Sequence record: MW845758.1
DNA length: 64,000 bases
Reading direction: 5' to 3' (one strand)
In this document: in pieces, positions 34,115 to 44,004 of the stretch
Numbering within the stretch: the first letter of the stretch is position 1
Layout of the letters: each line of letters opens with the position of its first letter
Notes under the pieces: generated by a model
The model's database searches: none
Told to the model about the DNA's origin: nothing
What the model saw: the letters and a program-made list of their open reading frames with translations, nothing else
Program-made: the position numbers and the translations under genes

Positions 34115-35812
34115 ATGCGCTATACGATTCACATTACCCACACAAGCATGGGGATACGTGTGGAGGTGCCTGTTCGTCAAATGGAAATGGCGATACTGGA
34201 TTGGGCATCAATGAATCTGCACGCCCCGAAGATGGGCAAAGACCACGGAAGGATAGTGACGGAGAAAGGGGATGGGTTCTATGTTCACATGCCAACCATC
34301 CACACCTTTATCTTTCACAAAACATTTTTAAGCCGTATCCAGTCCATCATCAATCACGTGGGCGTAGAGTATAAGGTTGACTACGAAGTCAGAGACCATT
34401 ACTACCCTCGAGCAGAACCGTACCGTTGTTCGTTTGACAACTACGGCTTTGAGATGGTAGTAACGGATGAGACGTCGCGCTTCTTTTATCAAAACGAGGT
34501 GGTGGACACGGCCAGCGGTGACGGTCGTGATCAAACTATCTTTGCCATTCAGACCGGTCGTGGTAAGACTAAGTCTTTCCAGAAGGTCATGGTGAAGAAA
34601 GGGGTGCGTACTGCGCTACTCCACCGTCCGTCCTACGTGGACAAATGGAAATTCGACTGCTGCGAAGACCCAACCGGTTTGCTGGAACCGCCGGAGGGGG
34701 TGCACATTTGTAAAGGCACGGAAAGTATTTACGAAGTGTACCAGATGGGCTTACAGGGTGAACTCGATGCGAAGGGGATTAAGATTATTATCTTCCCTAC
34801 CGTCTCGTTGTTTAACTTCCTGAAAGAGATAATCAACACCGCACACTCCAACGCCGTGTGTCTGGAGAAGTTCTTCGATGTGCTGGGCGTTGGCTTGCTT
34901 GGGTGTGATGAGGTGCACGAACATTTCTTACTGGTGTATTTGTCGGGTATCATGTTGAACCCGCCGTGTACCGTAGAGATGTCGGCAACCCTGACCCCGG
35001 GTGCGAACAAGCAGTTTATTGGTGAGCGTTATTTAGAGCGTTTCCCAATAGAGAACCGTTTGTCGATTCCATTCATTCCTGTGGTGGATGTGCGGGGCTT
35101 GTATTACAGCATTGACAACAAGAAGCTTGTTCAGTACGGGTCGAAGATGACGCCGTATAACCACAAGATGTTCGAGAAGGCTTTGTTCAAATACAATGCT
35201 CATGAATCGATGGCGGAGATGGTGTGGGATCTGATGACGAAAACTTACCTCAAGAACTACGAGGTAGGTCAGAAAGCATTGGTGTTCTTTGCAACCGTTG
35301 ACATGTGTGCTTTCTTTACGGAGTTCTTGCAACGTAAGCTTGCCGAGTCAGATTGGCATTACTTGCAACCGTTCAAGTATAATGCAGGCGATTCGTATGA
35401 TGATTTCATTGCAGCGGATATTGGTGTGTCCACACCGGGCAAGGCAGGAACCGCGATTGACATCCCGGGACTGATGCATGCTTTCGTGACCATCCCGATT
35501 GATGACCAGCAGCTCAACGAGCAGATTGCCGGTCGTCCCCGTTCTCAAACCCGTTGGGAAGCAGACCCACGGGTGTGGTTCTTGCACTGCAACGATATCC
35601 CCAAACACGGTACGTACTTGGGTTCCCGAAAGAATTCCCTCGGGCCAAAAGTCAAGTCGTTCCAAATCGCTTTCTCGCCTTATGTCATTCGGAGCAGTCA
35701 TGCTAACACCTCCTACTCCTACGCTTCCAACACCCCCGTATCTCGGATTGAACTTAGCAAGTTTTCTCCAAAACGTTCTAAGGGCGTATCCCGGCGCAGA
35801 AGACGTCGCTAA
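34115..35812 (+). CDS. SF2 DExH helicase (UvsW-like; phiKZ gp75-like)
   Basis: QTGRGKT, CDEVH, MSAT, GTAIDIP, QIAGRPR. Confidence 0.92.
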   Translation: MRYTIHITHTSMGIRVEVPVRQMEMAILDWASMNLHAPKMGKDHGRIVTEKGDGFYVHMPTIHTFIFHKTFLSRIQSIINHVGVEYKVDYEVRDHYYPRAEPYRCSFDNYGFEMVVTDETSRFFYQNEVVDTASGDGRDQTIFAIQTGRGKTKSFQKVMVKKGVRTALLHRPSYVDKWKFDCCEDPTGLLEPPEGVHICKGTESIYEVYQMGLQGELDAKGIKIIIFPTVSLFNFLKEIINTAHSNAVCLEKFFDVLGVGLLGCDEVHEHFLLVYLSGIMLNPPCTVEMSATLTPGANKQFIGERYLERFPIENRLSIPFIPVVDVRGLYYSIDNKKLVQYGSKMTPYNHKMFEKALFKYNAHESMAEMVWDLMTKTYLKNYEVGQKALVFFATVDMCAFFTEFLQRKLAESDWHYLQPFKYNAGDSYDDFIAADIGVSTPGKAGTAIDIPGLMHAFVTIPIDDQQLNEQIAGRPRSQTRWEADPRVWFLHCNDIPKHGTYLGSRKNSLGPKVKSFQIAFSPYVIRSSHANTSYSYASNTPVSRIELSKFSPKRSKGVSRRRRRR

Positions 35813-36080
35813 GGCACTGTGTACTGATGTCACGGTACACAGAGCTTTCCATTACTACATGGTAACGGAAAACAAAGCCGGCATGATGTTGTTGCAACGG
35901 GGTAAAACGTATTACATCACGCGTCAGTCCTCCATCCGGGGGACGGCGTCTTACGAGCTGTACGGATACGTGCTGTATCGTGAAGACCCATCAGGTAATG
36001 TGGACGATAACCCGAAAATGGCCTACAAGCTGTACGACAGCGAGTGGAATGATTGGGTTACCGTTCCGCACGACGGTTAA
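35700..36080 (+). CDS. Hypothetical protein (126 aa) overlapping the helicase 3' end
   Basis: ATG35700 with GGAG 5 nt upstream; in frame with track ORF 35499-36080. Confidence 0.6.
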   Translation: MLTPPTPTLPTPPYLGLNLASFLQNVLRAYPGAEDVAKALCTDVTVHRAFHYYMVTENKAGMMLLQRGKTYYITRQSSIRGTASYELYGYVLYREDPSGNVDDNPKMAYKLYDSEWNDWVTVPHDG

Positions 36081-36137
36081 TAAAAACATCATGGGTATAT
36101 GGTGTGTAAACCACCCAACCCCAGTAAGGACTGAATA

Positions 36138-36764
36138 ATGTCACAGCGCAAAAAGAAACCCGCTTATAACCCACGTAAACTGGCACGTGAGCGTCTGCAA
36201 AAACTGATGGGCAGTATCATCTACGTGCAGGACATGTTCACCATCGAGTCGGGTAAAATCGCGGGTAAGATTGATAACGATCTGAAAGCCATCGAAGGTA
36301 CCACCGAACTCGACGGTTATAAGCGTGAGCAGCTGGAACGCACCAAGCGTGCTTTCTTAGGCCTTATCGCACAGGTCAGTACCGGTCTGACTAAAATCAT
36401 CCAAGAAGCGGATGCGACTACCGGTAATCTGTACGACGACTTGAAAATCAAGCCGTGGAAAGAAAACAAAGAAGCCGCGTTTGCAGCTGAGCTGGCGCTG
36501 GAGCATTACTCCACCCTCGCTGCCATCGAAGGCCAGAACTACACGGGTACGATCATCGACATCATGGAAGACCACTTCCGTAACGTTGAATTCGTTAGCC
36601 GTGAAATCAAAGCCGGTGCTTCTCTGGAACAGGCGAAACAGCGTCTGGCGGATAACATCGCGAAAGAAGCTGAACTGGCACAGAAAGAAGCAGCGTTAGC
36701 GACCCAAGAAGTTCCGGGTGGTGAAAGCGTTGTTGAAACAAAGGAAGAAAGCCATGTCCAATAA
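36138..36764 (+). CDS. Conserved hypothetical protein (208 aa, helical)
   Basis: SD AAGGA; TATATG upstream. Confidence 0.85.
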   Translation: MSQRKKKPAYNPRKLARERLQKLMGSIIYVQDMFTIESGKIAGKIDNDLKAIEGTTELDGYKREQLERTKRAFLGLIAQVSTGLTKIIQEADATTGNLYDDLKIKPWKENKEAAFAAELALEHYSTLAAIEGQNYTGTIIDIMEDHFRNVEFVSREIKAGASLEQAKQRLADNIAKEAELAQKEAALATQEVPGGESVVETKEESHVQ

Positions 36765-38766
36765 CGAAGGTCGTCCGGGCATCGGTCGCGTCACCCCTGT
36801 GCCTACGCCGGGCGATGCTGCTGAGCTGATGGCGATTATGGATCAGAATCCGGAGCTCGGTATCAACCAAGCCCGTGAGCTGTTACAGCGTCGCCGTGAT
36901 GAAGCCCATCAGGAAGAGATTGAGAACACCCAGTCTCCTCAACCCCGCGGTATGACATTCCCGCAGGATAAAGCGATTGAGGACTCTCACGCTGGGAGTC
37001 TTCAGCCACAGGCGGAAGAACCCGCTCCTGTCTACCCTCGTGGTCAGACACCGGGCTTCTTGCACGTTGACGAACCGCCAACTATCCCTGCGCCTCCAGC
37101 GCAGGAGCCTGCACCCGCTACCCCTTCTTTTTTGCCATTAGAAGAGCCAGAGGCGCAGGAACACCGTCACGTTGACCCGACTCCAGCTGAGAAAACAACA
37201 GGTCCTGTTGAAGCACCGACTGAGCCGGCGTATGACGAAGACAAACGTGAGAACAAGGTTCCGGATTTGGCCAAGGCTAAACTGAAACCGATTCGTCACG
37301 GGTCGTCTGTACAGTCGAGCGAGTTTAGTGAACTCAATGGTGATGAGCAGGATATCCTGTTACTCGGCATGGGTGACTTACTCGGCCCGATGCAGACCGT
37401 CAATGAAATGCAGGCCGCGGTTAGCCGTTTCTTCGCCAGTCTGGAGCGTGACCCACGTAATGGTGAGCCACTGTTCCGCAGTGAGAAGGAAGAGCAAACC
37501 TTTAAACGTCTGCAAGCCACGCTGACTAACACCCCACCGATTACCCCGGGCACAGGTGCAGCAGCGTTTGACATGGCGCTACAGCGTGAAGACACGGTGT
37601 GGAACCAAGGCATGCAGAAAGACGGTGACAAATACGGCGGACTGATTGCGGTGAACTCTGGCGGTAAAGGTGCACTGGCTGCTCTGCGTCGTAAACGTAA
37701 AACCGGTTCTCCGGCAAGCGTGTTCTTACCGGCTTCGGGTTTCTACGTGAAGTTCCGCAGTCCACACGAACGCGACTTCTGTGACTTCGATATCGCGCTG
37801 GCGCTGCAGACTGCAAAAATCGGTACCAACTCGTACGGGTTGCTGATGTCGGCCTCGTCAGGTATCTACGTGCGTAACATCGTTGAGTTCTGTTTGCTGT
37901 TTGCAGAATCGACCACGCTGGATATCGGGGCAGATGACCTGAAGACCACGCTTATCGATCGCATCGACAAAGATGATTACTGGTTGATTATCGTGGGCAT
38001 GCTGGCGGCTAAATTCCCGGCGGGTATTCCGTGGGGCTTAAGCTGCCTGAACCCAGAGTGCGACCACGTCGCTGAAGGTCGTCTGAATCTGGCTCGTGCT
38101 ATTCGCATGGGTTCGAATCTGATTACCGATCGCCAACGTGCGTTGTACTACCGTCAGAAGTCTGACGACGACAACACTATCTCTTACGAAGAACAAGAAG
38201 AGTACCGTAAAGGCCACCTGCCGGTGTCTGCTTCTGTGTTCGAAGAGAACGGTGTGCGTGTGGAGTTCGGTCGCGCTACCTTAGGCGAGTTCTTTGATGT
38301 CACTGAAGAGTGGGCAGATGAGATTAACGAAACCACAACGCGTGCCCTGACGGATTACGCAACAGAGAAAGACCGTGAAGGTCACCTGCGGGTGAACGCC
38401 GAGTCTCGTCGTCTGACGCGTTATCTGCACATGGTGAAGTCTATCACGATTGACGAAGGTGAAGGTAAAGTGTCACTGTCGACTTCTCGTGAAGAGATTA
38501 AAATCATGTTGGGTGAGTTGTCACCAGACCGCATGTACGTAGCAGCGTTTGAAGCGGCTGTGACCAAATACACTGAGCTGTCTCGTCTGGCGGTGTTTGG
38601 CTACATGGGTCGTCGTTGTCCTGAGTGTCAGCAGGAGCAAGGCGAGAAAGAAGGTGATTTCCGTGGGATTGTTACCATCTCCCCGGACAGACTTTTTTTC
38701 GGTCTATCTCGTGCGGTGTCCGCAATGCAGAGACTCTGGCTCAGTCAATCCGCAAATATTGGCTAG
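36754..38766 (+). CDS. T4 gp26-like tail/baseplate assembly chaperone (G-like, 670 aa)
   Basis: ATG36754. P/E-rich N-terminus; core FLPASGFYVKFR..DDYWLIIVGMLAAKFP..CLNPEC and CPEC. Confidence 0.6.
   Translation: MSNNEGRPGIGRVTPVPTPGDAAELMAIMDQNPELGINQARELLQRRRDEAHQEEIENTQSPQPRGMTFPQDKAIEDSHAGSLQPQAEEPAPVYPRGQTPGFLHVDEPPTIPAPPAQEPAPATPSFLPLEEPEAQEHRHVDPTPAEKTTGPVEAPTEPAYDEDKRENKVPDLAKAKLKPIRHGSSVQSSEFSELNGDEQDILLLGMGDLLGPMQTVNEMQAAVSRFFASLERDPRNGEPLFRSEKEEQTFKRLQATLTNTPPITPGTGAAAFDMALQREDTVWNQGMQKDGDKYGGLIAVNSGGKGALAALRRKRKTGSPASVFLPASGFYVKFRSPHERDFCDFDIALALQTAKIGTNSYGLLMSASSGIYVRNIVEFCLLFAESTTLDIGADDLKTTLIDRIDKDDYWLIIVGMLAAKFPAGIPWGLSCLNPECDHVAEGRLNLARAIRMGSNLITDRQRALYYRQKSDDDNTISYEEQEEYRKGHLPVSASVFEENGVRVEFGRATLGEFFDVTEEWADEINETTTRALTDYATEKDREGHLRVNAESRRLTRYLHMVKSITIDEGEGKVSLSTSREEIKIMLGELSPDRMYVAAFEAAVTKYTELSRLAVFGYMGRRCPECQQEQGEKEGDFRGIVTISPDRLFFGLSRAVSAMQRLWLSQSANIG
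38694..38724 (+). other. Predicted programmed -1 frameshift signal
   Basis: In-frame X-XXY-YYZ heptamer T-TTT-TTC (38694-38700); hairpin TGCGG-TGT-CCGCA (38712-24); -1 frame open from 38658 to 39179. Confidence 0.75.
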
Positions 38767-39179
38767 ACTTCGAGCACGTTTCAACCGAAACGATAATCAC
38801 CACGCTCAAACTCGACGCCACGTCGCTGTTTAAACAACGCGGTGGGAGACCGATAACGTATCAGGAAGCACACGACACGTTATTGGAAGCGTTTGATGAT
38901 GCCATGGAACACGATACTGGTGAAAACAATGTGTTCCACAGTGACTTCGACGACCCGCTAACCGCCTCCCTGTTAGACATCTGGATGGAAACCTACATCC
39001 GAGAAAGAATCGGGGAGAGGTTTCGCTTATCGTTTGATGAGTTCTTAGACCGCCCACGATACGAAATTACTCGCCTCTTAAAAGTGGCCGGGCGTTTCAA
39101 TCAGGCAGTCAACCGAGCGCTTACTACGGAAGAGAACAAAATCTCCGGACTGGAACAGCAGTTGCACGGGAAGACGTGA
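38697..39179 (+). CDS. Frameshift (T-like) extension of the chaperone; GT fusion about 808 aa
   Basis: -1 frame reads FRSISCGVRNAE..LDIWMETYIRERIGERFRLSFDEFLDRPRYEITRLL..; contains track ORF 38883-39179. Confidence 0.7.
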   Translation, partial: FRSISCGVRNAETLAQSIRKYWLDFEHVSTETIITTLKLDATSLFKQRGGRPITYQEAHDTLLEAFDDAMEHDTGENNVFHSDFDDPLTASLLDIWMETYIRERIGERFRLSFDEFLDRPRYEITRLLKVAGRFNQAVNRALTTEENKISGLEQQLHGKT

Positions 39180-39183
39180 CTCT

Positions 39184-39213
39184 AGGGGAGCTTCGGCTCC
39201 CCTTCTTTTTTTA
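39184..39213 (+). terminator. Rho-independent terminator
   Basis: AGGGGAGC-TTCG-GCTCCCCT plus T run directly after the -1-frame stop. Confidence 0.9.
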
Positions 39214-39251
39214 TTAGGGGGTTGTTATGAACCCTACTAAGGACACACACC

Positions 39252-40097
39252 ATGAACATCTACGATGATGTGGCTGACCAGTTAATCATGTACCGTCACG
39301 AGACGCGTGCAGCCCCTCTGCTCGACCTCGTAACTATCCTGCTGGATAACGGCTATGAACCGGCCCTGACCGAAATTTACCATCAGCCTCTGCCCGACCC
39401 GAATGACGAAACCATCCGCTACGAAGAAATCATCGTACGTTGTACCGTGGCGTTTGCATCAAAGTGTGGGGTTGCCTATAACCCACAACAGGTCTTCCGT
39501 AAACCCAAAGAAGCCGGATTAATTCTCCACGGCCTGCTGGAAGGGTTTGAAGACAACGAAGACACCGACACCCTGTACGGTATCGTACTGTCGGGTGAAC
39601 CGCCTATCTTCGTGCTGGAGAACCTGATTCGTTATGTATTCGGGGATGACAACCTGCACGTTGAAGATTTGATTATCAACGTTGAGAAACGCGTGATGAC
39701 GGTACTGCAAAACTTCCTCGCGGCAATCACCCTTGAGAAAGCAAACCTGCAAACCGATACCCGTGTGCCACTGCTGGCTGCATACCTGCGTTACTTCCCA
39801 CAGAACCCGGTTGCTTGGGCATTCTTAAACTTGCCCGCACAGGTTGATGAGAAAACCCTGATTCAGCAATTTGATTTTGATGAAGACAATGGGGTGAATC
39901 AAACCGAACTGTTGGTGATTTATGCAGTCGGGCTGTGTGTGGCGCAATACAGCGATTTTGACGGGGCTTACACGCATTTAGAGAAGGCGTTAGAAGCATT
40001 GAATGCAGATGGCTTATCTGTCTCTCCTATCCTTCAGGAGGGCTTACAGGCCCTTAAAACGATATACGGAGAGAAGGTAGAAGATGAACAAGCTTGA
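39252..40097 (+). CDS. Conserved hypothetical protein (281 aa)
   Basis: SD AAGGA; precedes the virion RNAP subunit. Confidence 0.85.
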   Translation: MNIYDDVADQLIMYRHETRAAPLLDLVTILLDNGYEPALTEIYHQPLPDPNDETIRYEEIIVRCTVAFASKCGVAYNPQQVFRKPKEAGLILHGLLEGFEDNEDTDTLYGIVLSGEPPIFVLENLIRYVFGDDNLHVEDLIINVEKRVMTVLQNFLAAITLEKANLQTDTRVPLLAAYLRYFPQNPVAWAFLNLPAQVDEKTLIQQFDFDEDNGVNQTELLVIYAVGLCVAQYSDFDGAYTHLEKALEALNADGLSVSPILQEGLQALKTIYGEKVEDEQA

Positions 40098-41388
40098 TTA
40101 TCTGATTGCTGCTTGTAAACGTGGGGCGTGGCGGAGACTGGTGTGGCGTTTAAGCGTCTTTAACGTCTGTACCTTTCCTGCGAACGAACGTCCGGAAGAT
40201 TACGACCTGACGTATATCGACGGGTACCCGCACTACTGGCAGGATGAAGCCCCGAGCCAAGAGCCGGGCTGGATTAAGATTGAAGGGGCAGACAAAGACA
40301 AAGAGCTGTTCTACGCAGAAGACCGCTTTACGATGATTCCGGATCACTACCCGGGCTTTGAAGGTAAAGTGGAAACCGGTGTGGGGCGCTACGTCTTTAA
40401 CTGGATTGTTATCTACTACGCGTTCGGTACGAGAATGCCGTATCTGGTTGACCAACCCAGTCCGCTTGCCTACCAGAACGAGATTTACAAACGCTGTCTG
40501 GATAACGAAGACGACGACCCTAACAACGAAGCAGCGATTCGTCCGAGTATGGTGGGTAAGTTCATTCAGGGCTTAAGTGAAATTGCCCCGATGACAATCG
40601 CCATTGCACCAACCGGTACGTTGCGTTCGCTCTCGGTTCACCCCGACACGTACAAGATGCGTGATGCGTTACTCTTAAAGCACAAGGACGAGTTGGATAA
40701 CCCAGCCGTTATCGTGCAGATTGAGAAAGCGCTGGATGCACTCGATACCGAATGGTTGTCCGGTGACCAGTCTATCCAGTTCTACGCTTCGAAGAAATCG
40801 AGGATGCGTCGTCGTAAACTGTTCCTGATGTACGGGATTGAAACCGCCTTTAAAGAAGGTGCTGATTTCACACTCATCCCGACGTCGTTAATGGAAGAGA
40901 ACAAATCCGGTCTCTCCTACCTCGTGGACAAATACAACTCCACTCGTGAAGGTTCCTTCATGCGTGGTGCGGAAACCGCGAAAGGGGGTGAGCAGGTTCG
41001 TATCATCCAGATGATTTTCCAGAACCACCGTATCGTCGAAGGGGATTGTGGTACCAAACTCACCCAAGTGGTGAAAATCACCCCGACTAACCAGTTCATG
41101 TACGTTGGGATGAACTCGGTAGATAACGGTAAACTTGTGCAGCTGTCTAAGGATATGCTGAAAGGGTTGCTCGGTAAAACCATCCGTATCCGCCGGCCTT
41201 TATTATGCCAGCGGGGACACGTCGACTGTTGTGCGGCTTGTGCATCTGCAGATAAAGCCAAAGAGGAACGTGCGATTGCCGCCGATATCGCCACCGGGAT
41301 GTCCAACATCATGTTGAACGCCATGGGTGCCATGCACGGCCGTGAAACCATCGTTGAAGAATTTGACCCCCTACTCCACATTACGTAA
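40084..41388 (+). CDS. Virion RNAP beta'-like middle subunit (phiKZ gp80-like)
   Basis: GAETAKGGEQVRIIQ..IVEGDCGT bridge helix; RRPLLC..CCAAC Zn site. Confidence 0.88.
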   Translation: MNKLDYLIAACKRGAWRRLVWRLSVFNVCTFPANERPEDYDLTYIDGYPHYWQDEAPSQEPGWIKIEGADKDKELFYAEDRFTMIPDHYPGFEGKVETGVGRYVFNWIVIYYAFGTRMPYLVDQPSPLAYQNEIYKRCLDNEDDDPNNEAAIRPSMVGKFIQGLSEIAPMTIAIAPTGTLRSLSVHPDTYKMRDALLLKHKDELDNPAVIVQIEKALDALDTEWLSGDQSIQFYASKKSRMRRRKLFLMYGIETAFKEGADFTLIPTSLMEENKSGLSYLVDKYNSTREGSFMRGAETAKGGEQVRIIQMIFQNHRIVEGDCGTKLTQVVKITPTNQFMYVGMNSVDNGKLVQLSKDMLKGLLGKTIRIRRPLLCQRGHVDCCAACASADKAKEERAIAADIATGMSNIMLNAMGAMHGRETIVEEFDPLLHIT

Positions 41389-41398
41389 GGACTGACTC

Positions 41399-41920
41399 AT
41401 GGGTTCTGCTACTAACGACACCAACACCAACGCCACACGCGTGGCAACCACTGAACGCGATACGGATGTGGTGTCCACTGCGGGCTATACGCAGGATGAG
41501 AAATACGCTGTTAAGCTGATTACTCAATATCTGGATGAAGCAGGCGCTGCCTGTGCACCGGGTAAACAAAAAGGCACCGATGCTGAGAAGCAGGCGATTG
41601 CCAAAGTGATTCAAGCATGGCGCAAGCTGTGGGAACTGCGTGGCCAAGCGTTCTTGGATGCATTCGGTGTGTTCGTTACCGCTGCGACCAAGTACAACAA
41701 AGGGTTGTTCAGCCTGACCACCATTAACCGCCACATGGCATCGTTCCAAGACAAGACCGAGCAAGAAGTCTACATGATTTTCATTAACCATGTTGCCCGC
41801 TTTGCGAAGTCGCAGGATAAAGCGAACTACGGTACCCGTAACAACGTAGACCGTCTGATTCGTCGCATTCTGGATAATGATTTGAAGCAGCTGGTTGCCC
41901 ACGCCTTCAACGTCATTTAA
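41399..41920 (+). CDS. Conserved hypothetical protein (173 aa)
   Basis: SD AAGGA. Confidence 0.85.
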   Translation: MGSATNDTNTNATRVATTERDTDVVSTAGYTQDEKYAVKLITQYLDEAGAACAPGKQKGTDAEKQAIAKVIQAWRKLWELRGQAFLDAFGVFVTAATKYNKGLFSLTTINRHMASFQDKTEQEVYMIFINHVARFAKSQDKANYGTRNNVDRLIRRILDNDLKQLVAHAFNVI

Positions 41921-41928
41921 AATAAAGG

Positions 41929-41954
41929 CCCTACTACTCGAAAGAGTAGTAGGG
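41929..41954. terminator. Bidirectional terminator
   Basis: CCCTACTACTC-GAAA-GAGTAGTAGGG between convergent genes. Confidence 0.85.
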
Positions 41955-41960
41955 TTACTT

Positions 41961-42158
41961 TTATTTGTTTTGTTCGCGACTCAGTCGTCCGATGAGGAAT
42001 GCTGAAGCGATCTGCGCTTCTTGGCTTGGTTCTGCTTCTTCCTCTTCGCATCCCTGATTTCTTTCGAATGTCGTGCTTGTTGTTCCCGCCATTCGATTAG
42101 ACAGTTCCGGATTAACACGCTGAACCACGGCCAGCGCAGTTTTAAAAAACCCATACAT
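41961..42158 (-). CDS. Small hypothetical protein (65 aa)
   Basis: SD AGGAGG overlapping the pol stop codon. Confidence 0.7.
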   Translation of the reverse strand: MYGFFKTALAVVQRVNPELSNRMAGTTSTTFERNQGCEEEEAEPSQEAQIASAFLIGRLSREQNK

Positions 42159-42166
42159 AATTCCTC

Positions 42167-43936
42167 CTAGTGCAGGGTAGGTTGCAAATCGGCCATACGT
42201 TGTTGGAATGCTGCTAACACGGTGTCTTTGTCCGGCAGCAAGAAGAAGTCAGTTGCAATCTCCATCGCGTTAACACGACCTGCGGTCAAGTTCACACCGA
42301 CACGACGACGTACCTCTTCGTTTACCCCGGTCACGTAGATAAGTTCAATCAGTGTGGTTTCACGTGATTGGTTCATCATGTTCGTGGCTGATGGGTAAGC
42401 CTGTGTTAAGTCAGCATCCGCCGTTTGCCCACGGAACGCAGAGTAGAAGTCCGGAATCTCCGCTAAGATATTCCGCAGACCGTTCTCTTGGTTCATGTGT
42501 GCTGGGAGTGTTACAATCCAACCATCGGTACCGATAACCTCCTCATCCTTCTCATTACGCATCGCTGACCCGGTAGCCCCAATCACCAGATTCTGGTCAT
42601 AGAGGTAGAAGGTGAATGCGTTACAGATACGCTTAGGCAGGGAAGGGAAGATATCAAACATCGATACGCCGGCCAACACGGAGAAGGCTGACGCCAAGTC
42701 CTTGGTCTTCTTGTCGAGTAAGGTAATCAACAAGTTATCCATGATGTTGTACACGGCATATTCAGCAGGGAAATCCGTCTGGGCTTTTTCGTGCCAACCG
42801 AGGTTGTCGGTGTAGTCGAGTCCGGGAATGTTTAACTTGCCGACACCGATTTCGGTTTCCAGAATCGAACTGAGTTTATAGTTCGGACGGTTACCTTCGT
42901 GCGTACGGATTTTCTTAAACAAACACATGGCATCCACGCAGTAGAATGACGCCATGCAATACATCACATGCCACTGGTCTGCTGGGGATTTGGTCAGTGA
43001 CTTAGACTCGGTCTTTTTGTTGGCTTGGTCTTCTTTAAACCAGCAACGACGATATTGAACCGGTACATCCGGATGACAGTAAACTTCTTCCGCAGGAATG
43101 CCTTCCAAAGCCAACTGGTCGATAATACATTTGTGGTCGAACTGGTGGTTCCATGCCACCACTAAATCAGGCAGGCGTTCGTGGATGCGGTTAAACATCA
43201 TGACGATACACTGTCCCGGCGTTGCACAGGTATTGACAAAGAGTTTGTAATCCCCGAGCACGTCTTTCTCAACCCACTTCTCTTCACCGGTACCTTTGTC
43301 CTTCTCCAAGAACGGCACACGGGTTAAGAGCTCTTTGGCTTTACGCGCAATCACTTGGTCAGCATCTTTACCGATACGATCCATGTAAGGCTTGTCACCA
43401 AAGAAATGAATCTCATCGTCTAAGATGAAACTCATGATGTTCGGTTCACGGTCACGACCTTCACGTACGTTGGTCTCGACGTCGATAATACACAGACGGT
43501 TTTCAGAGACCAAGTGTGACCACTTTTTCAGGTACTGGTTTTTGATGTACGTGGGTAACGTTAAGTCTGCCCAATACACAAAAGGACTGGTACACACCTG
43601 ACGCAAAGATTTCTTTTTGTCCACAAACTGGAAACCTAATCCCAGTTGAATGGTTGCGGACATCTTGACATCGGTGGTCATTAACTCCTGACACTTACCC
43701 CGTTCTTCGTATTCTTTCTTTTCAGTGTGATTACGATGTTGTTTCTGGGTAATGAAGATGGGACGTTTCACGTTCTCCGCAATGCGGATAGCCGGTATCT
43801 GCCGACCATCATTAGTATGGATGACCTCTTTGACGAGGACGCAGTCGTTCTCTTTTTCTTCGTCTGTGGCGTAAGTAATGTTTTTGCATTCACGCCCAAT
43901 GATGTCTGAGGGGCTATATTTTTGATCGTAATCCAT
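42167..43936 (-). CDS. Family-B DNA polymerase, 3'-5' exonuclease plus motif A subunit (phiKZ gp82-like)
   Basis: ExoI IIDVET, ExoII AWNHQFD, ExoIII YNIMD, motif A DADLTQAYPS. Confidence 0.88.
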   Translation of the reverse strand: MDYDQKYSPSDIIGRECKNITYATDEEKENDCVLVKEVIHTNDGRQIPAIRIAENVKRPIFITQKQHRNHTEKKEYEERGKCQELMTTDVKMSATIQLGLGFQFVDKKKSLRQVCTSPFVYWADLTLPTYIKNQYLKKWSHLVSENRLCIIDVETNVREGRDREPNIMSFILDDEIHFFGDKPYMDRIGKDADQVIARKAKELLTRVPFLEKDKGTGEEKWVEKDVLGDYKLFVNTCATPGQCIVMMFNRIHERLPDLVVAWNHQFDHKCIIDQLALEGIPAEEVYCHPDVPVQYRRCWFKEDQANKKTESKSLTKSPADQWHVMYCMASFYCVDAMCLFKKIRTHEGNRPNYKLSSILETEIGVGKLNIPGLDYTDNLGWHEKAQTDFPAEYAVYNIMDNLLITLLDKKTKDLASAFSVLAGVSMFDIFPSLPKRICNAFTFYLYDQNLVIGATGSAMRNEKDEEVIGTDGWIVTLPAHMNQENGLRNILAEIPDFYSAFRGQTADADLTQAYPSATNMMNQSRETTLIELIYVTGVNEEVRRRVGVNLTAGRVNAMEIATDFFLLPDKDTVLAAFQQRMADLQPTLH

Positions 43937-44004
43937 GGGTGTCTCTCAAGCTGTATAGGGCTTCTATAACATCCTAGTGAGACGTAATTTTCTTAGAAGG
44001 AAAG

